A stretch of DNA of 64,000 nucleotides from Dehalococcoidia bacterium (GCA_034433305.1 DAOUAM010000053.1:15145-79144); one strand, 5' to 3'; shown: positions 1-9,888, counted from the stretch's first letter. Numbers and translations are program-made. Notes: generated by a model from the letters alone, not told the origin.

Positions 1-725
1 ATGCCCCTGAGGAAGTCCGGCCTGGCTGGCAGATAGCCAAAGCTGGAGGCCACAGGCTCCATGATTAAGCAGGCTAGCTCGTGGGCATGCTCTCTCAGGA
101 CACGCTGGCACCAGTCCAGGTCGTTGTACGGCAGCACCACCACGTCGCGGGCGACGCCGGGCGGCTGGCCCGGGTGCTCGGGGATGGGGGTTGGCCCCTG
201 AGGGTCCAGCTTGTGCAGCGGCGGCCTGACGCTGACGGACACGTACTCATGGGAGCCGTGGTAGCCGCCCTCGAACTTGGCAATTTTGTGTCTGCCTGTG
301 AAGGCCTGGGCGGCGCGTATGGCCATCATGGTGCCCTCGGTGCCTGAGTTGGTAAAGCGGATGCTCTCCACCGAGGGGATGCGCTGACACAGCAGCTTCG
401 CCAGGCGCACCTGGGCCTCGGTGGGGCCGCTGAAGCTGGTGCCCCTGGCCGCCTGCTCCTGGAGCGCCTTGACCACCAGCGGGTGAGCGTGCCCCAGGAT
501 GAGGCTGGTGGCGTTGATCATAAAGTCCAGGTAGCGGTTGCCGTCCACGTCAAAGACGTAGTGCCCTTCACCGTGGTCCACGAAGGCCGGGTAGGGGTCG
601 AAGTAGGCCGTGCCACGGGAGCTGCCTCCGGGCATGTACTGCGCCGCCTCGTCCTGCAACCGCCTGGACTCGGGCGTCCTGGCCCTGTACTGCTGTACCT
701 CTTGCTCCAGTCCTTTCGACGCCAT
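1..725 (-). CDS. class-III PLP aminotransferase, glutamate-1-semialdehyde-2,1-aminomutase-like; N-terminal part only, the gene runs off the left edge
   Basis: Not in the ORF track because there is no stop inside the window. Hand translation of the minus strand from ATG 725-723 gives MASKGLEQEVQQYRARTPESRRLQDEAAQYMPGGSSRGTAYFDPYPAFVDHGEGHYVFDVDGNRYLDFMINATSLILGHAHP...IRFTNSGTEGTMMAIRAA. GGAGG (735-731) lies 5 nt upstream. Confidence 0.75.
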   Translation of the reverse strand, partial: MASKGLEQEVQQYRARTPESRRLQDEAAQYMPGGSSRGTAYFDPYPAFVDHGEGHYVFDVDGNRYLDFMINATSLILGHAHPLVVKALQEQAARGTSFSGPTEAQVRLAKLLCQRIPSVESIRFTNSGTEGTMMAIRAAQAFTGRHKIAKFEGGYHGSHEYVSVSVRPPLHKLDPQGPTPIPEHPGQPPGVARDVVVLPYNDLDWCQRVLREHAHELACLIMEPVASSFGYLPARPDFLRG

Positions 726-768
726 GACGGCCTCCTGGTCAGACTACTAGTGCCACCCTGAGGCTGGG

Positions 769-1518
769 CTATTGCGCCGTCCAGCCGCCATCTATGACCA
801 GCTCGCTGCCGGTCATGTACGAGGACTCGTCGGAAGCCAGGAACAGCACCCCGTAGGCCACATCCTCAGGCTTGCCGAAGCGTCCCATGGGGGTGAGCGA
901 CGCCCTCTGCTGGCGCAAGGCCGTGTCGGGAAAGGCCAGGTCCAGCATGTCCGTCTCGATGGGGCCGGGATGGACAGAGTTGCAGCGGATGCCCTCCCTG
1001 GCATACTGCACCGCCGTGGCCTTGGTGAGAATGCGGACGGCGCCCTTGGAGGCGTTGTAGGCCGCCGAGTAGGGGCTGCCCACGATGCCGGCGATGGAGG
1101 AGATGTTGACGATAGAGCCGCCCCCGGCTTTTCTCATGGCGGGTATGACGGCCCTGGTCCCCAGGAACACGCCCTTGGCGTTGACCTCCATGACCCGGTC
1201 CCAGTCCTGGACTGTTGTCTGCTCCACCATGGCGCGGCGGTAAATGCCGGCGTTGTTCACAAGGACATCCAGCTTGCCGTAGCGCGCCACCAGCGTGTCC
1301 ACGGCGTGCTTCCAGTCGGCCTCGCTGGTCACGTCCAGCTTGATGAACACGGCCTCGCCGCCGGACTCGGCGATCTCGGCCTCCAGCCGGTGGCCCTCGT
1401 CCACCAGGATGTCGGCAATGCCCACCCTGGCGCCCTCCCTAGCGAAGAGCCTTGCCTCGACAGCGCCCATCCCACGGGCGCCGCCGGTTATCAGCGCAAC
1501 CTTGCCCTGAAGCCGCAT
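769..1518 (-). CDS. classical short-chain dehydrogenase/reductase (SDR)
   Basis: 249-aa ORF with TGGARGMG Rossmann motif, NNAG, and catalytic S...YNASK. A 43-nt gap separates it from the downstream aminotransferase gene on the same strand. Confidence 0.85.
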   Translation of the reverse strand: MRLQGKVALITGGARGMGAVEARLFAREGARVGIADILVDEGHRLEAEIAESGGEAVFIKLDVTSEADWKHAVDTLVARYGKLDVLVNNAGIYRRAMVEQTTVQDWDRVMEVNAKGVFLGTRAVIPAMRKAGGGSIVNISSIAGIVGSPYSAAYNASKGAVRILTKATAVQYAREGIRCNSVHPGPIETDMLDLAFPDTALRQQRASLTPMGRFGKPEDVAYGVLFLASDESSYMTGSELVIDGGWTAQ

Positions 1519-1631
1519 AGGTCACCTCGCTGCCTGAGAAGCTCCTGACGCTCCACGCCAGCGGCGCGGGTTGACGAGGCCATCAGCCTTGAGGCACAGG
1601 TGACTCACGCGCCGCCTTCCAGGTGAGGCCC

Positions 1632-1659
1632 ATTTTACGACATTCTGGCGGCTTGGCAA
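1632..1659 (-). promoter_or_regulatory. candidate promoter of the SDR-aminotransferase pair
   Basis: On the minus strand: TTGCCA (1659-1654), 16 nt, TAAAAT (1637-1632). It lies about 110 nt before the SDR start. Confidence 0.4.
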
Positions 1660-1691
1660 GAGGGCCAGCAGGCCATGGGGAGGCTATTCGG

Positions 1692-2561
1692 TCACTGGTC
1701 GGCCTTCTTTTTGTTGCGCAGGCCGGCCAGCACCTCGTTGAGGCTGCCGGAGCGGAAGCCACTCAGGTCGAGGGTGACGTAGGCGTAGCCTATGGAGCGG
1801 AAGAACTCGGTGACACGCTGCCTGGTGCCCTCCTCAACAAGCAAGGCGAAGTCCTTGGGCTCCACCTCGATGCGGGCGATGGTGTCGTGGTGGCGCACCC
1901 GTAGCTGGCGTATGCCCAGGCCACGCAGGAACTCCTCTGCCCTGGCGATGCGCGTCAGCGCCTCCACGGAGACCGGGGTGCCGTAGGGGATTCGGGAGGA
2001 GAGGCAGGCCTGGGCAGGCTTGTCCCAGGTGGGAAGGCCCATCTCGCGGGACAGCGCCCGTATCTCGCTCTTGGTGAGGCCGGCCTCCACCAGCGGGCTG
2101 CGGACGCCGTACTGCCTGGCCGCGTTAAGTCCCGGGCGGAAGTCGCCAAGGTCGTCCACGTTGGTGCCATTGGCGACCCAGGCAAAGCCCTCCTGGGAGG
2201 CGATGCGCGTCAGGTGGGTGTAAAGCTCGTCCTTGCAGAAAAAGCAGCGGTTGGGGCTGTTGGCCTGGTACTCGGGGCGCTCTACCTCGTGCGTCTCGAT
2301 GACGCGGTGGTTAAGCCCCAGGCGCTGGGCCAGGCCTACGGCCTCGCTGAGCTCCGTCGGGGCCAGGCTGGGCGACCTGGCCGTGACGGACAGCGCCCTG
2401 TGCCCAAGGACCTGGTGGGCCACGGCGGCCAGGAATGCGCTGTCCACCCCACCCGAGTAGGCAACTATCACAGAACCCATCTCCCGCAGCCGGGCCTTGA
2501 GGGCCTCCAGCTTCTCCTGGGCAGCCACGGGATGCTGGTCGGTGGTACCCGCTGCCATCAC
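1692..2561 (-). CDS. larE: PP-loop ATP pyrophosphatase, LarE-type sulfur transferase family
   Basis: 289 aa. SGGVDS PP-loop near the N-terminus and a QACLSSRIPYG cysteine motif as in LarE/TIGR00268-type proteins. GGTGGAGG lies upstream of the GTG-ATG start. Confidence 0.7.
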   Translation of the reverse strand: MMAAGTTDQHPVAAQEKLEALKARLREMGSVIVAYSGGVDSAFLAAVAHQVLGHRALSVTARSPSLAPTELSEAVGLAQRLGLNHRVIETHEVERPEYQANSPNRCFFCKDELYTHLTRIASQEGFAWVANGTNVDDLGDFRPGLNAARQYGVRSPLVEAGLTKSEIRALSREMGLPTWDKPAQACLSSRIPYGTPVSVEALTRIARAEEFLRGLGIRQLRVRHHDTIARIEVEPKDFALLVEEGTRQRVTEFFRSIGYAYVTLDLSGFRSGSLNEVLAGLRNKKKADQ

Positions 2562-3388
2562 AGACCTCCACCCTGGCCCATCAGGCCCACAGGCCAGGGG
2601 TGAGTTGTTGACTTTTCTACTGTTCCAGTTGCAGCCTCGCTGGCACTATTGTACACCCACAACGCCCTGCTGTTCAGGCCGGGACCTGACACCTGGCCCG
2701 ATACCTGGCGGAGCTTGCTCGGCGAAGGGCCATCTGGCGCCGGCATGGCTTGGGAGACCTTTCCTTCCTGTCGCTGGCGTCCTGGCTCCAGGCTGAAACA
2801 TGGCAGGGGATAGGAGAGCCAGCCCCACGGGCAACGCTCCACGTGGAGCAGTCCCAGCGCCTGGACGGTGATTATCACCGTGACAAAGGCAACGGCCATC
2901 ACGGCGCCGGCATTGGCAACCACGAAGAGGAGCCTGCGGCTGACCCTCAACTGGTCAGGGACCAGGAATACCAGGACGCCGGTCAACGCCCCCAGGGCGT
3001 CGTAGCCTATGTCGGAGGACTGGGGAGTTCTCTCAGGCACAAAGAACTGCACAATCTCGATGCTGACGCCCAGGGCCAGCGTCGCGCACATGGCCAGGGC
3101 AGCCGCGCGCAGCCGCGGGACGCGGCTTCCCACGGCAGGACTGAAGAGCATGTACAGCAGCGCGCCCAGAACCAGGTGCGTGCCAAAGTGGCCCAGGGAC
3201 GCTTCCGATTCCTCGGACACCAGCGGCACCCTGGGCAAGCGGGACACCGACCCCAGGTACAGCACGAACCCCGCCCATACGACCGCCATCAGCAGCGTGA
3301 GCCAGCGGGCCACGCCGGCATCATGCCGGCCCGTCGCGAGAGGCCCGCCCGCTCCAGAGAATGTCCCTTCTTCCTGCCACTTCTTCAA
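2558..3388 (-). CDS. VanZ-like integral membrane protein with an odd P/G/S-rich tail
   Basis: 276-aa ORF with a TTG start. The hydrophobic core has VanZ-like segments (GHFGTHLVLGALLY, SDIGYDALGALTGVLVF). The last ~90 codons are low complexity. The stop overlaps the larE start (GTGA). Confidence 0.55.
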   Translation of the reverse strand: MKKWQEEGTFSGAGGPLATGRHDAGVARWLTLLMAVVWAGFVLYLGSVSRLPRVPLVSEESEASLGHFGTHLVLGALLYMLFSPAVGSRVPRLRAAALAMCATLALGVSIEIVQFFVPERTPQSSDIGYDALGALTGVLVFLVPDQLRVSRRLLFVVANAGAVMAVAFVTVIITVQALGLLHVERCPWGWLSYPLPCFSLEPGRQRQEGKVSQAMPAPDGPSPSKLRQVSGQVSGPGLNSRALWVYNSASEAATGTVEKSTTHPWPVGLMGQGGGL

Positions 3389-3691
3389 CAGAAATCCCTT
3401 CCTCTAACTATCTCACATCTGCTGCTGGATTCTCCACCCCTACCCGCACCGGGCCAAAAGCCGCAAGACCTCACTCCCGTTCCCACTCTCCGAATTCAGC
3501 TCACACGCGGACAGCTTCTAAGTGGGGGATGGGCAGGGTACGCCCCATTGGCTCCATGGTAGCAGTCCAGGTGTGTACAGGCATAAGAGAGTCTTGTCCC
3601 GATGCCAGGCTAGCAGGTCTGTGAAATAGAACGCTGGTTGGAGGCCAACGGTGAGGACTCTGGCGCACCAGGCCCGGCGGACAGGGCCACG

Positions 3692-4795
3692 TCAGGACTC
3701 CAGCACCTGGTCTATGATGCTTGCCACGCGGCGGGCGGTGCCGCTGGCCGAGAATGCCTCGGCTATGCGCTGCTGGCCTCTGCGCCCAAGCTCGGCCCTC
3801 AGCGCTGGGTCGCGCACAAGCCGCAGAAGGGCCTGGGTCAGCGCGGGGATATCCTCGCTGGGCACCAGGAAGCCGGTCTGCCCGTCCACAACGGTCTCGC
3901 TGACACCATCCACGGCGAAGGCCGCCACGGGCAGTCCGGCCTCCATGGCCTCCATCACGGGCCTGGGATGGGGGTCATTGAGGGCCGTGTGCAGGAACAC
4001 CTGGGCGCCGTGGAGCAGCAGGGTTATGTCCCGCCTGAAACCCAGCAGGAACACGTGACGCTCAAGGTCCAGTTGACGCACCAGGCCGCGCACCTTCTCG
4101 ACGTACAGCGGCTCACGCTCCAGACTACCGGCAATAAGCAGGCGGACATGAGGCGCTTCCCTGACGGCCTGGGCCATGGCCCTGACAGCGTACTCCACCC
4201 CCTTGCGCTTGCACACGTGGGAAACACTTACGGCCACCACGTCATCTGGCGCCAGCCCCATCTCGGACAGCAGGTACTCCCTCGCGGCGTCAGGGTCAAC
4301 CTCCGGCACCAGGGTCTCCACTCCGTTGTGGACTACAAACAGCCTTTCCTGGGGCACGAACCTGGCGACGGACTGAGCACACGCGTCGGAGACCGCGATG
4401 GCGGCGTCGGCGATTTTGAGAAAGCCCAGGTCTCGCCAGGACTTGCCCCAGCCCATGCCGCGCACGTGGCAGATGAAGGGGACTCCCACCAGCTTGGCGG
4501 CGATGAGCGCGGTCTGAGAGCAGGTGCTGGTGCTGTTGCCATAGACCAGGTGGAACCCCTCGCGCTTTATAAGCTCCACCAGTGCCGGGACAGAGCGCTT
4601 GTTCAGCGAGGGCAGCCGGAAGAACTGGACCTGCTCCCGGGCCAGCGCCTCGCAGAACAGCCCGGAGCCTCGCAGCACCACGGCGACGTGGTAGTCACGA
4701 CGCAGGTGGCGCAGCAGCAGCAGGAGACTGTTGGTCGGGCCGGTCCAGTCGCCCGTGTGGGAGACGAACAGTATGCGCTTGCGGGTCCCGTTCAA
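3692..4795 (-). CDS. GT-B fold glycosyltransferase, family 4 like
   Basis: The track ORF is 3692..4879. The likely start is TTG 4795, preceded by AGGAG. It carries the signature VMEAMEAGLPVAAF...SETVVDGQTGFLV. Confidence 0.8.
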   Translation of the reverse strand: MNGTRKRILFVSHTGDWTGPTNSLLLLLRHLRRDYHVAVVLRGSGLFCEALAREQVQFFRLPSLNKRSVPALVELIKREGFHLVYGNSTSTCSQTALIAAKLVGVPFICHVRGMGWGKSWRDLGFLKIADAAIAVSDACAQSVARFVPQERLFVVHNGVETLVPEVDPDAAREYLLSEMGLAPDDVVAVSVSHVCKRKGVEYAVRAMAQAVREAPHVRLLIAGSLEREPLYVEKVRGLVRQLDLERHVFLLGFRRDITLLLHGAQVFLHTALNDPHPRPVMEAMEAGLPVAAFAVDGVSETVVDGQTGFLVPSEDIPALTQALLRLVRDPALRAELGRRGQQRIAEAFSASGTARRVASIIDQVLES

Positions 4796-5090
4796 AAGGG
4801 CTCGACTCCTGATGGATTGTGACGTACCAGCGCCTTTGCCACCCCTCCCGCCAGGCAAGGCACATGAGCATGCCTGCAAGGAGGTTACACAGGGACTTGG
4901 GTACAGGCGCGGAGGACTGCCAGTTGAGGGCAGTCGAAAGCAGGCTACACTCTCGATACCATGTCCGAGGGCATGGCACTTACTTCAATATTGACCAAAG
5001 TCATTCGGCGGACAATACCCTTTTGGACGATACTGTGTGAAAGGCCGGTGCCAGCCACGAGGGCGTAATATGCCTGGTGGAGGTCACAGG

Positions 5091-5119
5091 TTGACACCCC
5101 ACAGTGACGGTGCTATATT
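5091..5119 (+). promoter_or_regulatory. sigma-70-like promoter upstream of etfB
   Basis: TTGACA (5091-5096), 17 nt, TATATT (5114-5119), with TGc immediately upstream (extended -10). It lies about 200 nt before the etfB ATG. Confidence 0.5.
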
Positions 5120-5318
5120 CGCAGCAGCTTTGACATATCTCTTCCAGGCCCTGGCATGTCCACTCCCGCCCACACTCACCAGTGCAGGGCCTGGCGGCCC
5201 TCAAGTCCCTTCCATCAGATGCAAAGGCCCTACCTCACTCACCAGGAACAACGTGTGAGACTGGCGCCAGCGCCTGGCCGGAGCGACTGGCGACGCAGAC
5301 CTCAATCAGGAGAGCAGC

Positions 5319-6116
5319 ATGCCTGTGAACATCATCGTCTGCGTGAAGCAGGTAATTGACCCCCAGATGCCAGCGTCGGCCTTCCGAATTGACACCAGCA
5401 GGAAGCGAGTGGCCCCGGCACCTGGCGTCCCGCCAGTGGTCAATGGCTTCGATGAGAACGCTGTGGAAGCGGCCCTGCGCATCAAGGACAAGGCCGGCGG
5501 GACGGTCACTCTGCTGTCCGCGGGCAGCCAGTTCGTCATGGATGTCATGAAAAAGCCCCTGTCCATGGGGGCCGACCAGTTGGTGCTGCTGCAGGACCAG
5601 CAGTTCGAAGACCTTGACTCTTCAGCCACCGCTTATGTGCTGGCCCAGGCCATAAAGAAGCTGGGCAAGTTTGACCTTGTCCTGTGCGGTCGGCAGGCGT
5701 CGGACTGGGACAACGCCCAGGTGCCTCTGGGCATAGCCGAGCTCCTGGGGCTGCCCTGCATCACCATCGCCCAGAAGATAGACCTGGCCGATGGCGGCGT
5801 CATGGTGCAGCGCGCGCTGACCGATGGCTACGAGGTGGTGGAGGCACAGCTCCCCGCGCTGGTCACGGTGAGCAACGAGCTGGGCGAGCCACGCTACCCT
5901 ACCCTCAGGGGCATCATGGCGGCCAGCCGCAAGACGCCCACCGTCTGGACGGCGGCGGACCTGGGCATCAGCCCGGCCACGCTGGCCCCCAGGCTCCAGC
6001 TACTGGAGCTATTCGTGCCCGTCAGCGAGAAACACTGCGAGTTCATCAAAGGCGAAAACGAGGCGGACGCAGGCCGAAAGCTGGCGCTGAGGCTCCGGGA
6101 GGAGAGGCTTATCTAG
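5319..6116 (+). CDS. etfB: electron transfer flavoprotein beta subunit
   Basis: 265 aa. MPVNIIVCVKQVIDP is a typical ETF-beta N-terminus, and etfA follows directly. Confidence 0.9.
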   Translation: MPVNIIVCVKQVIDPQMPASAFRIDTSRKRVAPAPGVPPVVNGFDENAVEAALRIKDKAGGTVTLLSAGSQFVMDVMKKPLSMGADQLVLLQDQQFEDLDSSATAYVLAQAIKKLGKFDLVLCGRQASDWDNAQVPLGIAELLGLPCITIAQKIDLADGGVMVQRALTDGYEVVEAQLPALVTVSNELGEPRYPTLRGIMAASRKTPTVWTAADLGISPATLAPRLQLLELFVPVSEKHCEFIKGENEADAGRKLALRLREERLI

Positions 6117-6192
6117 CAGGCCCCGCCTTGTGCAAAGGCGAGACGCGAAATCGCCGAAATCTAAAGTACGATTTGATTGACGGAGCGGATTC

Positions 6193-7188
6193 ATGGCTGG
6201 AATACTAGTGCTCGGAGAGTTGACCGAGGGGAAGATGCACTCCATGACGGCCGAACTGCTGGCGGCGGGACGTGGCTTGAGTGGAGCGCTGGGGGAGGAG
6301 GTGGCGGTCGCTTTCCAGGGCCAGGGGATACCTGAGGGTATCTCCAGCCAGGCAATCGCCCAGGGGGCCGACCGGGTGTACCTGGTGGAACACCAGTTGC
6401 TTTCCGGCCCTCTGGTAGATGCCCATCTGGCAGCGTTCGAGGAGGTGTGCAGGGGGATAGGGCCCAGTGTCGTGCTGGTGGGCAGGACCCCGCTGGGGCG
6501 CGACATAGGGCCAAGGCTGGCCTTTCGCCTGGGCGTTGGCATGGCCCAGGACTGCACCGATGTCAGGATAGACCCGGCGACCAGGCGGGTGGTCGCCACG
6601 CGGCCTGTGTACGGCGGCAACGCCATGGCGCGGCTGTCGTTCCCACAGGCCGACCCGCAGATCGTAGTGCTCAGGGGCAAGGTGTTTGATCCCCTTCCGG
6701 CCAGTCCCGCCAGGACTGGACAGGTGGAGAGGCTCCAGCCCAACCTGGACCCTTCAGCCATCAAGACCAGGCTGGTGGAGGTGGTGAAGCAGCAGGCCCA
6801 GGGCATGAGGCTGGAGGACGCGCCGGTGGTGGTCAGCGGCGGGAGGGGACTGGGCGGCCCGGAGCCTTTCAGGCTGCTGGAAGAGCTGGCTGCGCTGCTG
6901 GGCGGCGCCGTCGGGGCCTCCAGGGCCGTCTGTGATGCGGGCTGGATGGACCATAGCTACCAGGTCGGACTGACAGGCAAGACAATCACGCCTAACTTGT
7001 ATATCACGGTGGGCATTTCGGGCGCCAGCCAGCACATGGCTGGCTGCTCCGGGGCCAGGCACATCGTGGCTATCAACAAGGACGCGGACGCCAATATCTT
7101 TAAAGAGGCCAGCTTTGGGGTGGTGGGGGACTGGAGGAACGTTCTGCCTTCTTTCATCGAGACAGTCCGTGAACTGGTCAAATCCTAG
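6193..7188 (+). CDS. etfA: electron transfer flavoprotein alpha subunit
   Basis: 331 aa. The C-terminal FAD-binding region reads [18 protein letters not shown]...[13 protein letters not shown]. Confidence 0.9.
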   Translation: MAGILVLGELTEGKMHSMTAELLAAGRGLSGALGEEVAVAFQGQGIPEGISSQAIAQGADRVYLVEHQLLSGPLVDAHLAAFEEVCRGIGPSVVLVGRTPLGRDIGPRLAFRLGVGMAQDCTDVRIDPATRRVVATRPVYGGNAMARLSFPQADPQIVVLRGKVFDPLPASPARTGQVERLQPNLDPSAIKTRLVEVVKQQAQGMRLEDAPVVVSGGRGLGGPEPFRLLEELAALLGGAVGASRAVCDAGWMDHSYQVGLTGKTITPNLYITVGISGASQHMAGCSGARHIVAINKDADANIFKEASFGVVGDWRNVLPSFIETVRELVKS

Positions 7189-7194
7189 CACGGG

Positions 7195-7644
7195 GTGAAA
7201 CAGGTGATGGACGAAGGTTTCGCACTGGACCTCCAGGAGGTCCTGAAGAACATTGATAGTGCCGAAGTTATGTCACTATTCTTCCCCACACTCCGGAAAG
7301 CCGTAGTGATAGATACCCGCCACAGCGCGACGGAAGACCCGCTGGTACGCATCATGCCTATGGTGGCGTCGCCCCAGGAGCGGCTCAAGACCATTCGCCG
7401 CCTGCGGCCCAAGTTCCCCAGGCTCCAGAACCTCACCCTGATACCATGGACCGGGAATATTGAGAGCCTCGTCAGGCTGGGCGTGTGGGAGCGCATCGTC
7501 AACCGCTTCGTCAGGTCTGGGCACTTCGAGGTGGTGAACACCTGCCAGGAGGTCTTGCAGGAGTTGCGACGTCTGGAGAAGGCGGAGCTGGCGGCGGCTG
7601 TCCTGGGAGAGAACTACTACACCATCTGGTCAGCACGAAAGTAA
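7195..7644 (+). CDS. hypothetical protein, probably co-transcribed with etfBA
   Basis: 149-aa ORF beginning 6 nt after the etfA stop. ATG 7207 is an alternative start, preceded by GGGGTGA. Codon usage looks coding. I recognise no motif, and the single Cys rules out a FixX-type ferredoxin. Confidence 0.6.
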   Translation: MKQVMDEGFALDLQEVLKNIDSAEVMSLFFPTLRKAVVIDTRHSATEDPLVRIMPMVASPQERLKTIRRLRPKFPRLQNLTLIPWTGNIESLVRLGVWERIVNRFVRSGHFEVVNTCQEVLQELRRLEKAELAAAVLGENYYTIWSARK

Positions 7645-7694
7645 AGGACTTTTCGTCACTCTTAGCAAAGCGCGTAGCTCAAGGCACCCCAAAA

Positions 7695-7735
7695 GCAGTG
7701 GCCGACAGGAGACACCTGTCGGCCACTGCTTTGTG
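7695..7735. terminator. bidirectional intrinsic terminator between convergent genes
   Basis: 15-bp perfect stem GCAGTGGCCGACAGG (7695-7709) pairs with CCTGTCGGCCACTGC (7715-7729). It is flanked by AAAA upstream and TTTGTGTG downstream. Confidence 0.7.
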
Positions 7736-7772
7736 TGCACCTCGCCTGCCCGCCCAACCGAGGGCGCTGCCT

Positions 7773-9824
7773 CTAGGCGCGGCTTGCCTCTCGCTGCTTC
7801 ATTTGCTCGACGATACGCTGGACCAGGTGCTGTGGCACAGGCTCATAGTGGTCGAACTCCATGGTAAAGGAGCCGCGCCCCTGGGTCTGGGAGCGCAGGT
7901 CCAGGGAGTACTTGAGCACCTCGGCTTGGGGCACCTCGGCCTCCACGACAGTGGTGCCGTCGCCCTGGGGCATCATGCCCTGGATACGCCCGCGCTTGCT
8001 GTTCAGGTCGCCGATAACGTCCCCGGCGAAGTTGTCCGGCACGGTCACCCGCAGGCGCATGATAGGCTCCAGCAGGACCGGGCTGGCCTGCTTCATGCCA
8101 TTGGAGAAGGCGTAGGCGCCGGCGATCTCGAAGCATATGCCCGACGAGTCCACCGGATGATAGCTGCCGTCCACCAGCGTGGCCCTGATATCCACCACCG
8201 GGAAGCCGGCGATAATGCCCTCGGCCAGCGCCTTGTTGATGCCCTTCTCCACTGAGGGGATGTACTCCCTGGGCACGGCGCCGCCAACCACGCGCTCGGC
8301 GAACTCGAACCCGCTGCCCCTTGGCAGTGGCTCAAGCTCCAGCCACACATGGCCGTACTGGCCATGGCCGCCGGTCTGCTTCTTGTGCTTGTACTCCACC
8401 CGCGTGGGATTGCCGATGGTCTCCTTGTAAGGCACCTTGGGCAACTGGAGCAGTATGTCCACGCCGAACTTGCGCTTCATCTTCTCCACCGCCACCTCCA
8501 GGTGGGTGTCGCCCAGGCCGCCCAGCAGAAGCTCCAGGGTGTCTGGCTCGCGCCGCACCTTCAGGCTGGGGTCCTCCTCCACTATCCGCGACAGGGCCGT
8601 AGTCATTTTGTCCAGGTCTGCCTTGGTCTTGGGATAGACGGACATCTGGAAGGCCACCTGCGGGAACTCGATGCCTGGCAGCACCAGCGGCTTCTCCCGC
8701 TGGCAGAGAGTATCGCCCGTCAGCACGGAAGTCAGCTTGGAGACGCCGCCGATGTCGCCGGCCACCAGCGCTGAGGACGGCTCCTGGGACTTGCCCCGGA
8801 CGACAAACACCTGGCCGACGCGCTCCTGCTCCCCCTTGGCCGCGTTCCACACCTGGGAATCGCTCTTGAACGTACCGCTGTAAACTCGGAAGTAGGACAG
8901 CTTGCCGACGAAGGGGTCCGCCGTCGTCTTGAAGACCAGCGCCGCCAGCGGCCCGTTGCTGTCGCAGGGGAGTTCTACCTCGTCATTGGCGTTGGGAATG
9001 GTGGCCACAGCCGGGCCAACGTCGGCCGGCGAGGGCAGCAGGTCCAGGACGGTGTCCATGAGCTCTCTGGCGCCAATGCCCGCCGTGGCGGCGCTCACTA
9101 GCACTGGCACGATGTCCCCCGAGGCCACACCCTTCTTGAGGCCGCTGGACAACTCCTCCCTGGTCAGGGCCTCGCCCTCCAGGTACTTGGTCGCCAGGTC
9201 GTCGTCCGTTTCGGCAACGGCCTCAATGAGCCTCTCCCGCGCGGCCTCGACGTTGTCCTTGGCCTCGTCAGGCACCTGGGCGCCAGGGTCCAGCAGGTTC
9301 ACAATGCCCGAGAAGGAGGACTCAGCCCCTATGGGCACGTGGACCGCGACGCACTTCCTGCCGAAGCGCTCCACCAGCGCCGCCATCACTCGCTGGAAGT
9401 CGGCGTTCTCACGGTCCATCTTGTTGACCACGATCAACCTGGGCAGGCCACGCTGGCTGGCCAGCTTCCACAACTGCTCGGTGCCGACCTCGATACCGGA
9501 GGGGGCAGCCACTACAATGACGGCCCCATCGGCGACCCGCAGGGCGGACGCCACCTCGCCCCGGAAGTCGGCGTACCCGGGGGTGTCAATGAAGTTGATC
9601 TTGTGGTCCTTCCAGGGAGTGGGCAGCAGAGCAAGCTGCACACTGGTGCGCCGACGTACCTCCTCAGGCTCATAGTCAGATACAGTGTTGCCGTCCTCGG
9701 CCCTGCCCATGCGAGATATAACGCCCGCGGCGTAGAGCATGGCTTCCGCGAGAGCAGTCTTGCCGGCACCATTGTGGGACAACAGTACAACATTGCGCAG
9801 CCGGTCCGTCGTGATGTTGGGCAT
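7773..9824 (-). CDS. elongation factor G family GTPase (stand-alone paralogue, not in a str operon context)
   Basis: G motifs SHNGAGKT, DTPGYADF and NKMD are present, with EF-G domains II-V throughout. The track start at 9860 is probably too long: ATG 9824 (MPNITTDRL) has AGGAG 8 nt upstream. Confidence 0.85.
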   Translation of the reverse strand: MPNITTDRLRNVVLLSHNGAGKTALAEAMLYAAGVISRMGRAEDGNTVSDYEPEEVRRRTSVQLALLPTPWKDHKINFIDTPGYADFRGEVASALRVADGAVIVVAAPSGIEVGTEQLWKLASQRGLPRLIVVNKMDRENADFQRVMAALVERFGRKCVAVHVPIGAESSFSGIVNLLDPGAQVPDEAKDNVEAARERLIEAVAETDDDLATKYLEGEALTREELSSGLKKGVASGDIVPVLVSAATAGIGARELMDTVLDLLPSPADVGPAVATIPNANDEVELPCDSNGPLAALVFKTTADPFVGKLSYFRVYSGTFKSDSQVWNAAKGEQERVGQVFVVRGKSQEPSSALVAGDIGGVSKLTSVLTGDTLCQREKPLVLPGIEFPQVAFQMSVYPKTKADLDKMTTALSRIVEEDPSLKVRREPDTLELLLGGLGDTHLEVAVEKMKRKFGVDILLQLPKVPYKETIGNPTRVEYKHKKQTGGHGQYGHVWLELEPLPRGSGFEFAERVVGGAVPREYIPSVEKGINKALAEGIIAGFPVVDIRATLVDGSYHPVDSSGICFEIAGAYAFSNGMKQASPVLLEPIMRLRVTVPDNFAGDVIGDLNSKRGRIQGMMPQGDGTTVVEAEVPQAEVLKYSLDLRSQTQGRGSFTMEFDHYEPVPQHLVQRIVEQMKQREASRA

Positions 9825-9858
9825 GTCCTGATCTCCTCTCTGGTTGGTGCCTTGGTTC

Positions 9859-9888
9859 ATTTTAGAGAAACGTTAACCCTCAGCGCAA
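9859..9888 (-). promoter_or_regulatory. candidate promoter of the EF-G paralogue
   Basis: On the minus strand: TTGCGC (9888-9883), 18 nt, TAAAAT (9864-9859). The -10 overlaps the track ATG at 9860, which supports the downstream start. Confidence 0.4.

Noticed and set aside
3638-4822. Long antisense or shadow ORFs opposite real genes, for example 3638..4822(+), 10575..11915(-), 24313..25515(-), 44535..46109(-), 58078..59940(-) and 60481..62049(-).
   Set aside because: Their translations are Arg/Gly/Pro/Ala-rich with no recognisable motifs. Each lies opposite an ORF with unambiguous family signatures. Stop-codon scarcity in GC-rich DNA explains them.
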